A stretch of DNA of 64,000 bases, from the NCBI GenBank assembly GCA_964016885.1, contig OZ024740.1:58342001-58406000 (forward strand), in the 5' to 3' direction. Each line of letters starts with the position of its first letter. The stretch's first letter is position 1. This document shows positions 1 to 14,187 of this stretch, in pieces. Position numbers and translations under genes: made by a program. The notes below the pieces were generated by a model. The model ran no database searches, was not told where the DNA came from, and saw only the letters and a program-made list of their open reading frames with translations. Source of the stretch: Eledone cirrhosa. Its lineage: Eukaryota.

Positions 1-2658
1 ACATTAATATGCTTTACTTAAAAAACTCTCAACCAGAACTGCATTAGACTGGTAGCTTGGAAATTTTAATGAATTGATAAAGATAAAAATGTTCTTAGCT
101 TGATCATTGGTAGACATTTTCAAATTGCCTAACACACTACGAATGAAGTTGATAAAGCTCATTACATTCCGTAAATAATGAAGGTAATCTTTCAAGTGAA
201 CATTATTTTAGCAGATTAAACAATCCTGAAATAATTTCAAAAGCATGTGAAAAATTGCCAATCAAATAAAATATTTCTACTGCTTATAAATTAAGTTGGA
301 TTCAATATAGCTTCTTCAGAGGATAAAATAATGCCTTAAACCATTTCTTCAGTAACATCTTCACAGTAGAAGATAACCATTATTTGATAATATAAAAAAT
401 AACAATGATGTTTATTAAAAAATTCTCTCATTTAATTACAACTATCACTTGTCTACTCACTGAACAACATTCTTAATCTTGTAAAAGCAGACAAGGGTAT
501 TGATACATTAATAATTCTAGAATACACACTAAAATAAATATAAAATATATTGAAGTGTTCATTTCACAATTCATTTTGCATTTCCTATTAATATCATTTC
601 TATGAGTGTAACTATTGTACACAACTCCAAATTAATAACATTTAAAATATAAGAGCATGTCTATACTGCTGTTTAATTTAAATATTTTGGAGGTTTAACA
701 CAATGTTGTTTATTAAAACGATGCTTTTAAATCTTTTGAGGTTTTGTATTTTCTTCAGCTTTATTGTACAGTTGATTCAGTACAATGTCACAAATGTAAA
801 CATGTTTATTTCAAAATTAAATTTAAAAAATATATATATTGATTATGTAGATTACTGAGATACACATATAGCAATGGTGACACCTGCCATTATATATGAC
901 TATCATCATCAGAACAATCAATACCACCATCTTCATTTAACACCCATTTTCCCTGCTAAAAAGGGTTAATATGTTTTAAAAGAAATCAGCTTTGCTTCAG
1001 ATAGAGAAAGCTGAATGAGTAGCTGGTTTACATTTGTTAAATAGAAGTGAATATAATAATTATGTTGAAGATGGTATTTTGGGCATTAAAATACTTTGCC
1101 TGTTCCCTTCATATTTCTGACTAAATCTAAATTATGTGTCTGTGTATTTATTTTTTATCCAATATTGAAATAAAAGGGAAGGCATCAATATCAGATACAA
1201 ATATCAGTGGTTTGTCAATATCGTTCCCATGTACACTGCAACATTGATTTCAAATATGTAAGGAATATTGAAAATAGTAAACAGAAATATTCTTGGCAGT
1301 TTTCTGCATGCTGCAGAATAGTAAATATTGAATGACTTGTATACATTCTAGCATTTTGATTTGAGATAAATTTAAAGAAGAAAATATGTATTTGTACTGC
1401 CTTTACTGAATAATCACAAGACTTGTATAATTTCCCTTGTTGTAACTTTAAACAATGAAATATTCTGATGTAATCAAGGTATTTTTTGTTATTAGTTAGG
1501 AAATCAACTTTTTATATATTTTTTTTAAATTCCTGGAAACATTTTTTGTATTGATTTATAATTTCAAAAGTTATATTATCTAATACGATATTGTCTCATT
1601 CATATGCCTTGGGCTTTTTTCTTATGAATTCCATATTTCTTATTTTCTTCTTGTCTTGTTGCCATAAATCTGCATCTTATTTATGTTTGTTAGGAGCTAG
1701 TATTTTCTGAGAAAGATAAGGAACACATCTTGTTTTGTCAAACATCTGTAGGGACACTTTACACAAATAACTACGTTCTCTAGTGCACAGATACTTTATA
1801 CTAAAACTATGAAGAATTGAGAATGCTCTTATGCTGAAGCACATTTACTTGCTTAGTTAATCAGGTAAATCCATAGGTGCCTTTTCTAATAGCTGATACA
1901 GCAATATCTCTACATTGCTATGGGGTAAAAGAGGTTCCATGAAAAAGAACAGAATATGTTAAAAACTACGGAAAAATGTTCCAAACGTGATAAACTTATT
2001 TAGTCAAAGTCTTAAGGGTCAGCATGGCAGGGAGTTCACATAAGATGTAATTTCTCTTGTAGCAATTTATTTATAATAATGAATACTCTTTCTGTGAGTT
2101 TGAAGGATAGAACCTTTTGGTATAATTTTGATAGATAAGTATTTTTTTTTTTTTTTACCAGAATGTAGTAGTAAATAGTATCTGTTATCTAGTCCATATA
2201 ATCAATACTAGAAGTGATTGTAGTTAAAGTAGAATGAGAAATTACAAACCTTTTGGGAGATATTGTCTCTGTTGGTAACAAGTTGTTTCTTTTTCTGTTG
2301 AAATGCAAACTGCATGAAGTGTGTGTGATAAATATAAATGATGCATAGTAGTGAAACATGAGCATTGAATGTGAACCCACAGAAGCTGAAAATAAATGAA
2401 TTGAGTATTGGCTGTTAGATGTAAATTGATAATTTGTATAAATGGTGGGAGCAACAGTAGCATAAGAGAATGCCTTGTCAGTAAAGGCGTGAGAGATTAT
2501 TCTAGTGAAGAGGATATATGAGGCTAATGAACATGGTGTACTTTGTGATAACTGTCTAGAATACATACTTATATTAAAAGCATCTTCCATTACAGTGAAT
2601 TAAACTCAATTGCTTTTAAATGTAGAACTTATTGAAATGTTGGAAGTGTAAGAATTCA

Positions 2659-2845
2659 TAATGGTTTCTTATATAGGCACAAGGCCAGTAATTTGGAGGG
2701 AAGGGAAAGTCGATTAAATCGACCCCATAAGGATGAAAGGCAAAGTTAACCCCGGCGGGATTTGAGCTCATATGATAAAGAGCCGTAACTCTATGCTGCA
2801 AAGCATGGCATCCGACCCTCTACCGATACTGCCAATCCACCGCTC
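2659..2845 (-). mobile_element. tRNA-derived SINE with Meta/MESC-like central domain
   Basis: Reverse complement of the 13016-13205 copy, including the TTTGCCTTTCATCCTT..GGGGTCGAT core. Confidence 0.75.
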
Positions 2846-5342
2846 AGTGTAAGAATTCATAATGCTGTATGAAGTGAAATCATTTTCTATGTGAGTTACA
2901 TTCATATATAACACAGTTAATATGAAAGAACTAAATATATTTGTTGACAAGACAAAGCAACCTCCGTTAAGCAATAACAAAACACTTAAATAATGAAACA
3001 CTTTAAAAGAATATCTTATGAAATAAATTCATTAAAGATCCCATAAAGTGAACAAGGATGCAGAAATACATATCAAAAGTAAATTAGCATGAGCTTGATA
3101 GTGGCAGAGGAAAAGTTCTCAGCAAACAGTCTACAGTTAGTAAATAAAATTATATAAACAACACTTAAACCACAAATATGGCAGACCTGATAAATTTCAG
3201 AGGAAAATTCAACTCTTTCGTTACCATGTTTCTAATGGAAGACACTGTCTACGATTTTTCAATAACTTTGAAAATACTGCCCTTCTTTATCCCTCCCTTT
3301 TTTTCTCATTACTTAATTTTGTTTTTATCTTTCTTTTTCATATTTATGTAATTATCAATGGATTTTAAGCCAACTTTCTGAGTGAAACACATGATTTGTA
3401 ATGTTATACAATCATGAATTTGAAGGGATTTAGTAATATAGCTAACTTTCTTATTGTTTGGAACATGTATAAAATTATGTATAAAATTATGATTGAAGGT
3501 TTCGAGATATATATATAAACACTTTAAAACAAACAGCTTTGTCGTAAACCAGGAGCAGTTTCATATCAAAGTTTAGTATCAAAAAGGTTGAATATCTAAT
3601 GCGAATTAATGATTATGTATTATATTTAAAAAAAAGTTCATTAAGATCTAAAACGTGAAAATACTCAAATAGTAAATCTACTGAAATATGTTCTAACTGG
3701 AATGTCACTTCTAATAATTCTGATTCAAGGAAATGATTTAGAATTTTTAAACCTTAAGATATTCTGATAAAACCATATGGTCAGCCACAGGTATTTACTA
3801 TACTCTTCCTTGTTTGATACACTACAGCAATCTACTTTCTACATATATTTAAATTTATATGCAATAGTTATACATGCATTAAATTATATAGATTGGCAGA
3901 ATCATTAGAGCATCAAATAAAATGGTCAATTTGGCTGTTCAACCTCCAGAGTCAATAAAAATCAATATCTGTTAAGTACTAGGGTTGATTTAATCAGTGA
4001 CCCCAACATCCAAATTTGAAGCCTTATGCTAATATTAAAGATTAATATTCATGCATGCATTAATATTATTTTTCATTTTATACAAAAATAAAAGTGCTTC
4101 AGTTGGAAATGTATTGAAACAGATCTATAAACACATACCTTACCAACTCTGTGTGTATGTGTAGGATAATGTTTTAATGTTAAAGATATTGTTTAAGTGT
4201 TCAATACAAATATATTTGTTTTAAAACGTGTATCTATAAGCTTATGTCTACACACACAAACACTCATTTATTTGGCAAGCAATGACATATACAGTTGGCA
4301 CATATTTCTTGAGATATATATGTATTTGTCATGTCATGTCTCTTATATAGAATGTGTGTGTGTATGCTCGCACACATACACACGCATGACACACACACAT
4401 ATTCATGAAATGTTGATCTGCTAATTTAACAAATACACTTGCATATTGACAGAAATTGATACAGGAAAAGAAGCAAGGTAAAGGAAGAGGCATGAACAAC
4501 TGCAACTATAATAGTGATCATATAGAGTAGTAATAATAGTAGTGGTGGTGGTGGTGGTCGTAGTGGTGGTGGTGGTAGTGGTGGTAGTAGCTGTTGTTAC
4601 TGTTGACACATCTGTATACACCACTTAAGCCTGCTTTATTCAAAAGCTGTAGTTATATCTACATTAAATTTATCTTAAATCTTCTAATATACCCTGTATT
4701 CTGCATAAATATTAATTAATTAATTAATTACATCACTAAATGAATGCACATCATGCTAATTAGACTGATTGTTTTGGTTGTTCCACACTACATCTTGCTT
4801 AGTATAACTAGTGACTGCTATAAAGATAATCCTGCAAGCAGTTATCTTCTGATAAGGAGAACATAATATCTGAAACATGTAATGATAATAGCTTATGTTT
4901 GTCTGTATATTGAAGGAATCTTGGCAAGTGTAATGCTTCATTTGTTCTACAGCAATAATATAGTTATATCATCATCATTTAACATCCACTTTTCCTGCAA
5001 GGAAGTCAATACTGTTATAGTTATATCTATATATTAAAATTCATTTAAAACTTTTAATACACACTAATGCTGCATTGATATCTAGTGGGTGTGTATCATC
5101 ATAATTTAACATCAGTTTTCACTTCTAGCCAAGGTTTGACGAGTGTTAATCCTGGATAGAGTAGCAATGGGAAGTACAGTAATGGTTGGAATATACACAA
5201 ATACATATACATACATGCATATTTATGGTTGTCTCTTTCTCTTTTTCTTTTACACACACACACACACACTCACAAACACACATTCATTTATGAATTTGTT
5301 TTGTGAGATTTCTTATCTGAAAACGTGTGTTGAAACAGAAAC

Positions 5343-5567
5343 TGTTATACTTTGGGAGGGTCATGTTGCCAATAAAAACACATGCACCTGTTGGTTTTCA
5401 CTTCAATTTATTATAAATTTCCGGTTGGTTGGTTGGTTGGTTAGATAACTGGAAAGTTGTTTAAATAAACAACTTTCCGGTTATTGAACCAACCAACTGG
5501 AAATTTATAATAAATTGAACAGGTGCATGTGTTTTTATTGGCAACATGACCCTCCCAAAGCATAACA
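5343..5567. repeat. Fold-back of a Penelope pLTR-like repeat (family shared with 41238-41475 and 47391-47645)
   Basis: Arms TTTGGGAGGGTCATGTTGCCAATAAAAACAC...GGAAAGTTGTTTA and TAAACAACTTTCC...GGCAACATGACCCTCCCAAAG with almost no spacer. Confidence 0.75.
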
Positions 5568-5570
5568 ATA

Positions 5571-6288
5571 TAAATAATAATAATACAAGGATGATTTATT
5601 AAGTCTTCATTACGTTTATTGATTGGTGTTTTTCTATTGATCAGCTCAAGGTTCAATCTGATCGATCTGGCCTGACATTCTCATCACCTCATTAATTCTT
5701 TATAGCGCAAATATGCTTTAACGGTGTCTAAACAGCTTAGAATAAGCCCCACCCTAACACAGTTTAACCTACCTCCCTTTGTCCACTCACTCTTCTGTGA
5801 CAAACCAATGACCAGCAGAAACCCCTTACCCCTAGTACAACACCGCACCTTTTCATGTCCTATCATGCACAACCCTATCACATCCACACCACCCACAGCA
5901 CCTCTGCCTCACCATGTACATGCCGACATCTCTATGGCAAGCCAAAACTCCACACCCCGCAACTCACATCAACCATTGCTCCCCACCACCACTTTGTCAG
6001 TATGCTCACTCCCTCACCTTATCACACATGCCAAAACATTCCTCATAGCTAAACCACCAATCAAAAACAACATAAATTGACCACCATATGAATGCGAAAC
6101 GTTACAGACATTTCTATGCTTTATATGTTCATTCTGTCATTACAACAGTAAAGGTCTGACAAGCTTTTGATTCTAGTGTCAGGCCAGATTGATACCGATC
6201 GAACTTTGAGCTGATCCATAGCACAACGTGCGTCAGCAATCAATAAACATAATGAAGGCTTAACAAATCTTCCTTGTATTATTATATT
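5571..6288. repeat. Diverged ~110-bp inverted repeats flanking a ~500-bp C/A-rich spacer; possibly an old Penelope-like remnant
   Basis: 5571-5677 is the diverged reverse complement of 6177-6288 (TGTCAGGCCAGAT...TCCTTGTATTATTAT). Confidence 0.55.
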
Positions 6289-7358
6289 ACACTCTGTTTA
6301 GCTCTGACGTGAACCTAAACATCGAGTGCTCACCTGAGTGAACCTACAGTAACTTCATGTTACACTCCCTGGATATATATATACACACACACAGGGTTCC
6401 CAAAAATGTATACACACTTTGATTACCTGTACAGGCAATATTTATTGGAATGCTTGTGAAGTATGTATACATTTTGGGGAGACACCCTGTGTATATAGTG
6501 AAAAGAAAGGTAAGCTGAATTATGTTTCTTGACCAGATTTGTGTTCTGATCATAATAGTAATTCATGAACTTATTTTCAGACTCACATTGCAAGTATGTG
6601 TGTATGTGTGATACAGTCAGAATATAGCAATTCTAAGATGTCATCAAAATATATACCATATTAATAATATCTTAGCCAAAGCAAATGTTAATTTATTCTT
6701 TCCACAGCTTTGCAGGTTTTCTAATTTAATTGCCTATATTGAATTGATTTAATTCTGTATAGGATTGATTTAATTCTATAGATACATTAATGATCTGAAT
6801 TCTATTGACTATGAAATAGAAAACAAGAAACTTGTGCTTGAGATAATACTTGCAGAAATCAACGAAGCTCAAACAATAGGTGTCAATTAATTGAGAATTT
6901 AAATATTTCAAATAATAAGAAGTGAAATCTATCATATTTCATACGAGTTAATTATACAAATAAAGATATATGAGACGTATCATTAGTCGTAAAATATTAC
7001 TGGAAAATAGTTGTGGAATTTATGCTCTGAGGACATTTATGGTGCATCAGTATTAAATATAGTTCTTTGGTTTTACTTTATAAATAGTAACATTTCAAAT
7101 GCAAATTTATATTTCTAAATTTTTCGAAAATGAATGTTGTTGCATTAAGGACAAATTTTAGTTCGTTCTATTCATATGAAAGTAATTAAGCTTTCTGAAT
7201 ATATAACTAATAAGTAACAAAAATCAGGAATAAAATCTTTACTGAAATTTACCCAAATTCCATGACTACTTGATATTTTCTGAATTAGTAAGAGGGCGGT
7301 TTAACCTTTTTCATACAAAACAGCTTGAGACTACTGCTTGTTTGTTTTAAAGTGTTTA

Positions 7359-7800
7359 TCTTCTTCTTCTTCTTCTTCTTCTTCTTCTTCTTCTTCTTCT
7401 TCTTCTTCGTCTTCTTTTTCTTTTTTTTCTTTTTTCTTTTTTTTCTTTTTTTTATTCTTCCTTCTTTTTCTTCCTTTTTCTTCTTTCTTTTTCTTCCTTT
7501 TTCTTCCTTCTCCTTTTTCTTTCTTTTTCTTTTTTCTTTTTCCTTCCTTCTTTTTCTTCTTTTTCTTCCTTTTCTTCTTCTTCTTGAGAGGGTCGTGGGG
7601 CAGAGCCCTCAAACACTACTTACAGTGGGTCATCTTCTTCCAGTTGGTTTTGCTCATAACATCTGTCCAGCAATTCTTTCCTGAGACATTCTGACCACAT
7701 GTCCATTGTATCAGAACTGTGATCTCTCAGTTGGGAGAAGTAGTGACTCTACCTTGAGTGACTCTCTGATCTCTGAGGAATCCCATTTCAGCCACTTGTA
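7359..7800 (-). mobile_element. Decayed RTE LINE 3' fragment with an expanded (GAA)n tail
   Basis: Minus strand reads SQF*YNGHVVRM near 7685-7725, similar to 29015-29056; the pyrimidine tract 7359-7583 lies at the tail position. Confidence 0.55.
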
Positions 7801-9300
7801 TTCGTAATATATTCTTCCATCATAATTTTATGTAATAACCTTCACTAAGTTATGTTCTTGGCTGTTTTCAAAATTATTTTTTCAGTTGTAGAAAAGGTCT
7901 TTTATTAGAAATATGATTAGGAGAAGATTAATGCCATCATTTTTGTTCTCATTTGTATTTTAATAATTATTTCTCTATACTGCAAAATATCTACATGAAT
8001 CTGGTAAATCGACTGCCTGCAGCTATTGGTATTATAAAACATTCTTTAATTGCTTCTTGTCTCTGTATCATTTATTTTGCTATGAATTCTATGAATCATT
8101 ATCTCTGCCAAAATGTTTCATTGTATTACATTTTAATATCTTCTGGTGTGAGAAGAAATTTATACCTCTAATCCTAATTATTTTCTTCTATAACAAGATC
8201 TCAGTCAATTTCAAATTGTTGCATTATCAACATTTCATTTATGGCATTTGGAGAGTATTTCATTAATATCATAAAATGTAAATCTATTTACTTCTGTTGT
8301 GCTGTCTTGTTCCTTTGTTCCTCAATTTCATTGTTCTTTTTACTATTTTAAAGCACCATCTTCTGTCATGTCCTTCCAAGAGATAATATGAACGATATTT
8401 TGTGAATTAGTTTTACTGTGTTTTGGGATTGCTTTTTCTTCTCACTAGTAGTGCTTTCTCACATAAGATTTGTATAAACATAGCAATATTGAGCAGACAT
8501 ATGTAAGAACCACATGGTTTTAATTTTCTGAAAGAGAATGACTTGTTCTGAATGTTGGTTCAAAAGATATTTGCACTTCTGCATTTTTCATCTACTACAG
8601 GTTCTTCTACAACAATTTGTGTAGAATGATGAATGCTGTTTTCTGTGATTAGTATAATAGATCATTTTGTGAATCAGTTGATTGGACATTTTGCAATCAT
8701 CTACATATTGATAGATAGTAGTTATTTTATTTTATTCTGTGCTGGAAGTGATTATAGTGAAAATAATAAAAACTATATGAAAATGGATAGACGTTTGGGT
8801 GTGAGGATTATTCTGATGGCAATAAAAGGTTTCTCTCTCTGCTCAAAAGCTGACTGTTTGAAAATATGTGATAAGATTGTTGTTGCATCATTTTTTTAAA
8901 TATCGGCATTGACCACAGAGAATTTTTAGATGCAAGAGAGAAATAAGTTGAAACTAATTTGTTTGATGTGCAATATTATCTTGAAGGAAAAACAGAGCCC
9001 AATTCAAGTGAGAGAGTGATTGAGTATCAAAGCCATTAGCCATTGTTTACAGGAGAGATGATTGTGGTAGACTGGATATGTAATAGATGAGCAGTATTCA
9101 GTAAAAAAACATTTACTGAAATGGGTCCACAGCAGAAAACTGAAGAAGATAGGGAAATAAGTGCCCATTAAAGATTATAAAATATAGAGATTAACAAGCT
9201 TCAACTTATCATAACAGATAAAATGACTCCAGCAGAGTCTGTTATAAATTTTAAAAGAGAAGAAGCAAAAATACATTATAATGATACACCAGACTCTAAA
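7800..9300 (-). pseudogene. Possible highly decayed piggyBac-like transposase
   Basis: Faint minus-strand motifs in the expected order (FQLISLLHL, LSI, WKD, NVD, RxxxDG) with many stops; judged by eye only. Confidence 0.3.
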
Positions 9301-10454
9301 GACTGATAATGATGGGAGTTTTAACATTAAAAAATAATTGCTTATTTTCTAGGATATGAATAATTTAAAGACGGGCCCAACTAAAAAAATGAAAATACCA
9401 TTCCATTAACTGTTCAAGATGAAAATATCTACATTCTCACTATTCTGGTGTTTTTGAGCTATCAAATATTTTTTCTCTTGCTAACTCTTTTTAATTTTCA
9501 ATGAACATTGAGTTTTAAATACATATATTCAAGAATGAAAGTAAAAATATTATGTCTCCTGTATAATAAATAAATTTGAATTATTGCCGAGTTTCTATTT
9601 GGGAGAATTTTTTACATTAAAATATGAACTTCCTTTCAATGTGATAGGATTATTGTCAATTAATTTTCTGTTGATATTATATTATATGTTTATTTTTGAA
9701 ACCATAAATGATTAACTTCCTGAGAAATTTTGGAAACCTGACAAAATTGATTTACAGCATAATTTCTATGACATTAACTTTATTTTATAATCTAACTGCC
9801 TACCAATGTTAGCAGAAGCTATACTGCCCAAACTTAAAAATAGAAGACAAATTATTGCAGCAGTTTAGAATTTTAAATAATATTTTGAAAAAAATACCAT
9901 ATACACACCTAACATTTTCTTATTACTCTTTACATACAATATTTTTCAGCATAAAAGAATATAAATACTAGAAATGCAATTGGATTTTGTTTTGTTTTTC
10001 AGTGATGACAATTCACAATAAAACAAATTAGTTTAAGGTAGTTATAAAGTCATTAAAACAATAATGGGATACTTATTTCAATATTTATGTGCTGAATTCA
10101 GTGTAAAATTCACAAGTCTTTGCATTATTATTTGCTTTATTTCTTCAGTGCAGTGGGAGACAAGGCAATTTTGATGATGTATAGTAAGTTTTTAATGACA
10201 CACGCTGTATAAATTTGAAAGTATATACCAACTAAATTTCATGAATTGTGTTTAGGTAAAGTACTTTATTAGCAAAGTTATTAGTGTTGAATTAAATGCC
10301 TTGTGGTATTTGTCCCAGAGTTTACATCCCAATGAGGTCAACTTTACATTTCATTCTTTCAAGGTCTATAGATAATATACCAGTTCAGGATGGTAGATAA
10401 GTGGAATTGTTAGAGCATTGGATGTGATGCCCTTTACATTTTGAATGTACCTGT

Positions 10455-10640
10455 GACACCAGTTTCCAAGTTATATTGGCCCTTGTCTTTCATTTAGACA
10501 ACCTTGGTGGTGTTGAGAGGGTAGATCTGCATGCATTGGTGACTGCTTTTCTTCCACAAAAATATTCTTAGGCCTACATCTTGCAGAGTAACATTCTAGA
10601 TGCAGAGCCATGGTGTCATGAGATATACAACATCATCTTT
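10455..10640 (+). mobile_element. SINE fragment with Nin/Deu-like domain
   Basis: CCAAGTTATATTGGCCCTTGTCTTTC...GGTGACTGCTTTTCTTCCACAAA matches the reverse complement of 28065-28381. Confidence 0.5.
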
Positions 10641-13015
10641 GTTTAGTGATCCGCCATCTTAATAAGACTTGATACTGGCAGCTATCTTTAGATGGTTACT
10701 GCTTTAACCTGAATTCTCAAACTTAAAAAGAAATTATCTTGTTTCTTTTAATACAAAACAGTAAAATATTACGCAATGATATTCAATTCTCAAATATTCA
10801 CCAAACAATACAAAATAACATTGCAAAGATAGTACTTTGAACAAGTGTGCGAATATAAAACTAAATATCAGTGAAATCTTATTGATTTGAAATTGATGTT
10901 TGAATTTTGAAATTGCATATAATTTCAGAGAAGAAGGTTAGAGCATAGTATTTGTGTTGGTTGATGTGATGATATAGATATTGAGATGATGGAAATAACA
11001 CAGTCAGATACTTCTTAGAAGGACACACCGTCTTTCTCTGCCTTGTAACCTAAAAAGTAATAATGGTGCATTTTATTTTGGCAAAGATATCAAACTTTAA
11101 ATCTCATGCTCTAGTAACTTCTACAAATGACTTGGTCATCAAAGATAGGGAGGAAAGATTGTAAAATATTGAAAAACTAATTAGAGTTCTTTTATATCTA
11201 ACTTTCTTCTCTCTCTCTACCTGGTTTCATGCTACTTAACTCTCAACATTTTTTTCCTTTTACATAGGTAGTTATATGTCTGTCTATGTGTGAGCTTATA
11301 TATGTGCACTTGTGTATTATTTGTGGAAGGCTTCAAAATAATCGTACTTTTTAATAAATTAACGAGGAAGGGGAAGTGTACCTTTAGATCTGTTACACCC
11401 CCCTCTACTGAAAAATGGTAATCAGTGGTAAACCCATGCAAGTATGGAAAACTGCACATAAAAGTGATGATGAGGATTTTTTTTTGTTTTGTTTTGAGGG
11501 CAATGCATGTAGGGTCTCAGTTTATGATTTTATTCATATTTGCTAAGCGGTTGTTCTTGTCAGCCAGACCCATTATCAAAGATATCACAGCCATGATCAT
11601 CCTAACTTTTTGTATTTCAGGGACAACATTGTCTAGTGGGGCTTCTTTCCCTTAGACAGTTGGGTGTAATTCATGGAAGATTTGGCTGCTATTTCTAACA
11701 GGTAGGATAACTGCATAGAAGGTGTTTGGTGTTGTGTGTAAATGAGGCCTAAGCAGAGAGAAAGAAGAATGTACATGTGATTTGATCTGTATAGGATTTT
11801 AAGTAGTTAGTGGTAACAGTAAGTTACAGTGCATTAGTTTAAATAAAGAAGAGAATGAACGATCTAGATAAGATAATTTGATGATGAATCATTTTCTGTG
11901 CTGCGTAGTCAGCTTGGAGTTGTTGATTTGGTCAATTGAGTAAACTGAATGACCTAAGCCATGATAGTGCAAATGTTGTAGAATATATTGGTGTTTAGGG
12001 AAATATAGTGAAAAGGCAGTTGATCAAATGATATTAAAGGCTCATGGATAGTAACATCTGATTAGAAATTAGGTTTAATGATGAGGATAAGGTCAGAAAT
12101 GTTGAGAGTTAATAGGTGATTAATGGGCACATCTAGGAGAAGCTAATACATCTCAGGAAATTTACATATTTTGCTAATTTACTGGGCCTCATTTCACAGA
12201 CATGTTTGGTTATTTGATTTTAATTGAAAAGGTGCAGACATACCATATGCTATCGCACTCATCCCCCATTCCCCACACTGTTGGTTTATTTTGCCCAATC
12301 TTCATATTTTTCTACATTTGTCAATGTTTATGCTTCACAACGACTTCTCTGACTCTTATATCTATCACAATATTACTCTTTTACTTGTACCAGCCAATTG
12401 GCTGTGGCCATGCTGGGGCATCACCATTATTATTCATATAACAAATCATATCTAAATAATCTGTTCTACTTGCAGGTTGTGGGATTCAGATGTGTTTACA
12501 ATATAAACTTTATAGCTTATTAAGTACTCATTTACAGTTCTTCATAGCAAATTTAAGCTGTTATATTTAATAGCAATTAATCTCCACCCAATAGTGAGAG
12601 TAAATTGGTTCCTCGAGGTCAACTTCAAGGGTATTTTGATAGGCTATAATCTTCAATGGAAATTTTAAGGTTTAGCATTTTTCTGATGAGAAGAAAAAGC
12701 AGGAAAAAAGATTAAAATAATTACAAAAATATAATCTCCTTATAATATATAACCAGCAATTTCTCTGTCTGTCTGTCCGACAGTGGAAACACGTGCGCGC
12801 GTGGTTGCTATCTCTCTCTCTCTCCAGTTATCCCTCTCTTTTAGTCTGTCTGTTTCTCTCACTCTCACTCTTTCTCTTTGTAACACACTAACATTCCTCC
12901 CCTCTATCTCTGTGACGAATGGGGAGATGGAGGAGGAGAAGAGAGTCACTTCGTCACTTCACCTTTGCCTTTCTTTCTCTCCCCTCTCACTCCCTCATTA
13001 CGTACAGACATTAGG

Positions 13016-13205
13016 GCGGTGGATTGGCAGAATCTGTAGAGAGTCGGACACCATGCTTCATAGCATGGAGTTACGTCCCTTTACGGTCTGAGTTCAAATA
13101 CCACCGAGGTTAACTTTGCCTTTCATCCTCACGGGGTCGATAAAATAAAGTACCAGTAATGTACTGGGTAATTGCTGGCCTTGTGCCAAAAGTAGAAACA
13201 ATTAT
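13016..13205 (+). mobile_element. tRNA-derived SINE with Meta/MESC-like domain
   Basis: A-box-like TGGCAGAATC, B-box GAGTTCAAATACC, core CCGAGGTTAACTTTGCCTTTCATCCTCACGGGGTCGATAAAATAAAGTACC; at least four copies in the window. Confidence 0.8.
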
Positions 13206-13322
13206 TAGAAACATTGCTTCATTGTTACATATCTAAGCATTAGTAAATTAACTAATAATTTCAAAAGTAATTTTTCAATTCCAATTGTTATGAACAGCAA
13301 AACATTAATAATAATTTTGTTC

Positions 13323-13522
13323 TGAGAAATATATATACATTTCTGTGTGTGTAATATATATATATATACACACACAGAAATATATATACATTTCTGTGTG
13401 TGTAATATATATATATACACACAGAAATATATATACATTTCTGTGGGTGTAATATATATAAATATACACACACAGAAATATATATATATACACACAGAAA
13501 TATATATACATTTCTGTGTGTG

Positions 13523-13571
<49 letters not shown>

Positions 13572-13596
13572 GAAATATATATACATTTCTGTGTGT

Positions 13597-13646
<50 letters not shown>

Positions 13647-13652
13647 TATATG
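13323..13652. repeat. Minisatellite of self-complementary units
   Basis: Repeated CACAGAAAT-ATATATAC-ATTTCTGTG units separated by (TA)n/(CA)n. Confidence 0.85.
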
Positions 13653-14187
13653 GGCATTTCTCTGTTTGTCTGTCTGTCTGTCCTTCCCTGAAACTCAAAT
13701 GTAGGTGCTACAGAAATATTACCTTCCCCTTCCTTTCTCCACTTTGGTACTACCAAGAGAATCACTGTCACTATAGAAACATTACCTTCCCCTTTCCACT
13801 GACTTTGGTCACTGAAGCCGAGGGAATCGCTGGTTGCTATAGAGACACCTTGCACAAGCCAGAAGTAACCAGTTCGAGGCGGTTCTGACTTGACACCATG
13901 CCAAGGACCATTTGAAGATATATTTCCATCGTTATATCATAATGTTTATGTATCATAACGTTTATATTTCCGTCACTAATCTCTTTTTCTCCTTTTTCAT
14001 TTTAACATATATTTATTTCAAAGATTTCACCGTATAGATAACATATATATTTATACATGCATAAAAGACACACCGAGAGACGGTGAACATGTGGTGCCGA
14101 AAACATTTCTCATCCAAATCTCAACAATATCAGTATATACACTAGATTTGCTAGCAGAAAACAGCCCACCGGGTGGTTTTCTGCTAG

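Noticed and set aside
7325-7694. Poly-F, poly-K/E and poly-S ORFs
   Set aside because: Low-complexity pyrimidine tract at the tail of an RTE remnant.
10960-11420. Possible minus-strand host exons (acceptor-like TTTTTAG near 11050; 25-nt micro-exon near 11382-11406)
   Set aside because: Splice-like motifs are frequent in AT-rich DNA and the peptides are unrecognisable; RNA-seq would be needed.
13323-13652. CRISPR-like array of palindromic repeats
   Set aside because: Spacers are simple TA/CA repeats, the context is eukaryotic, and there are no cas genes.
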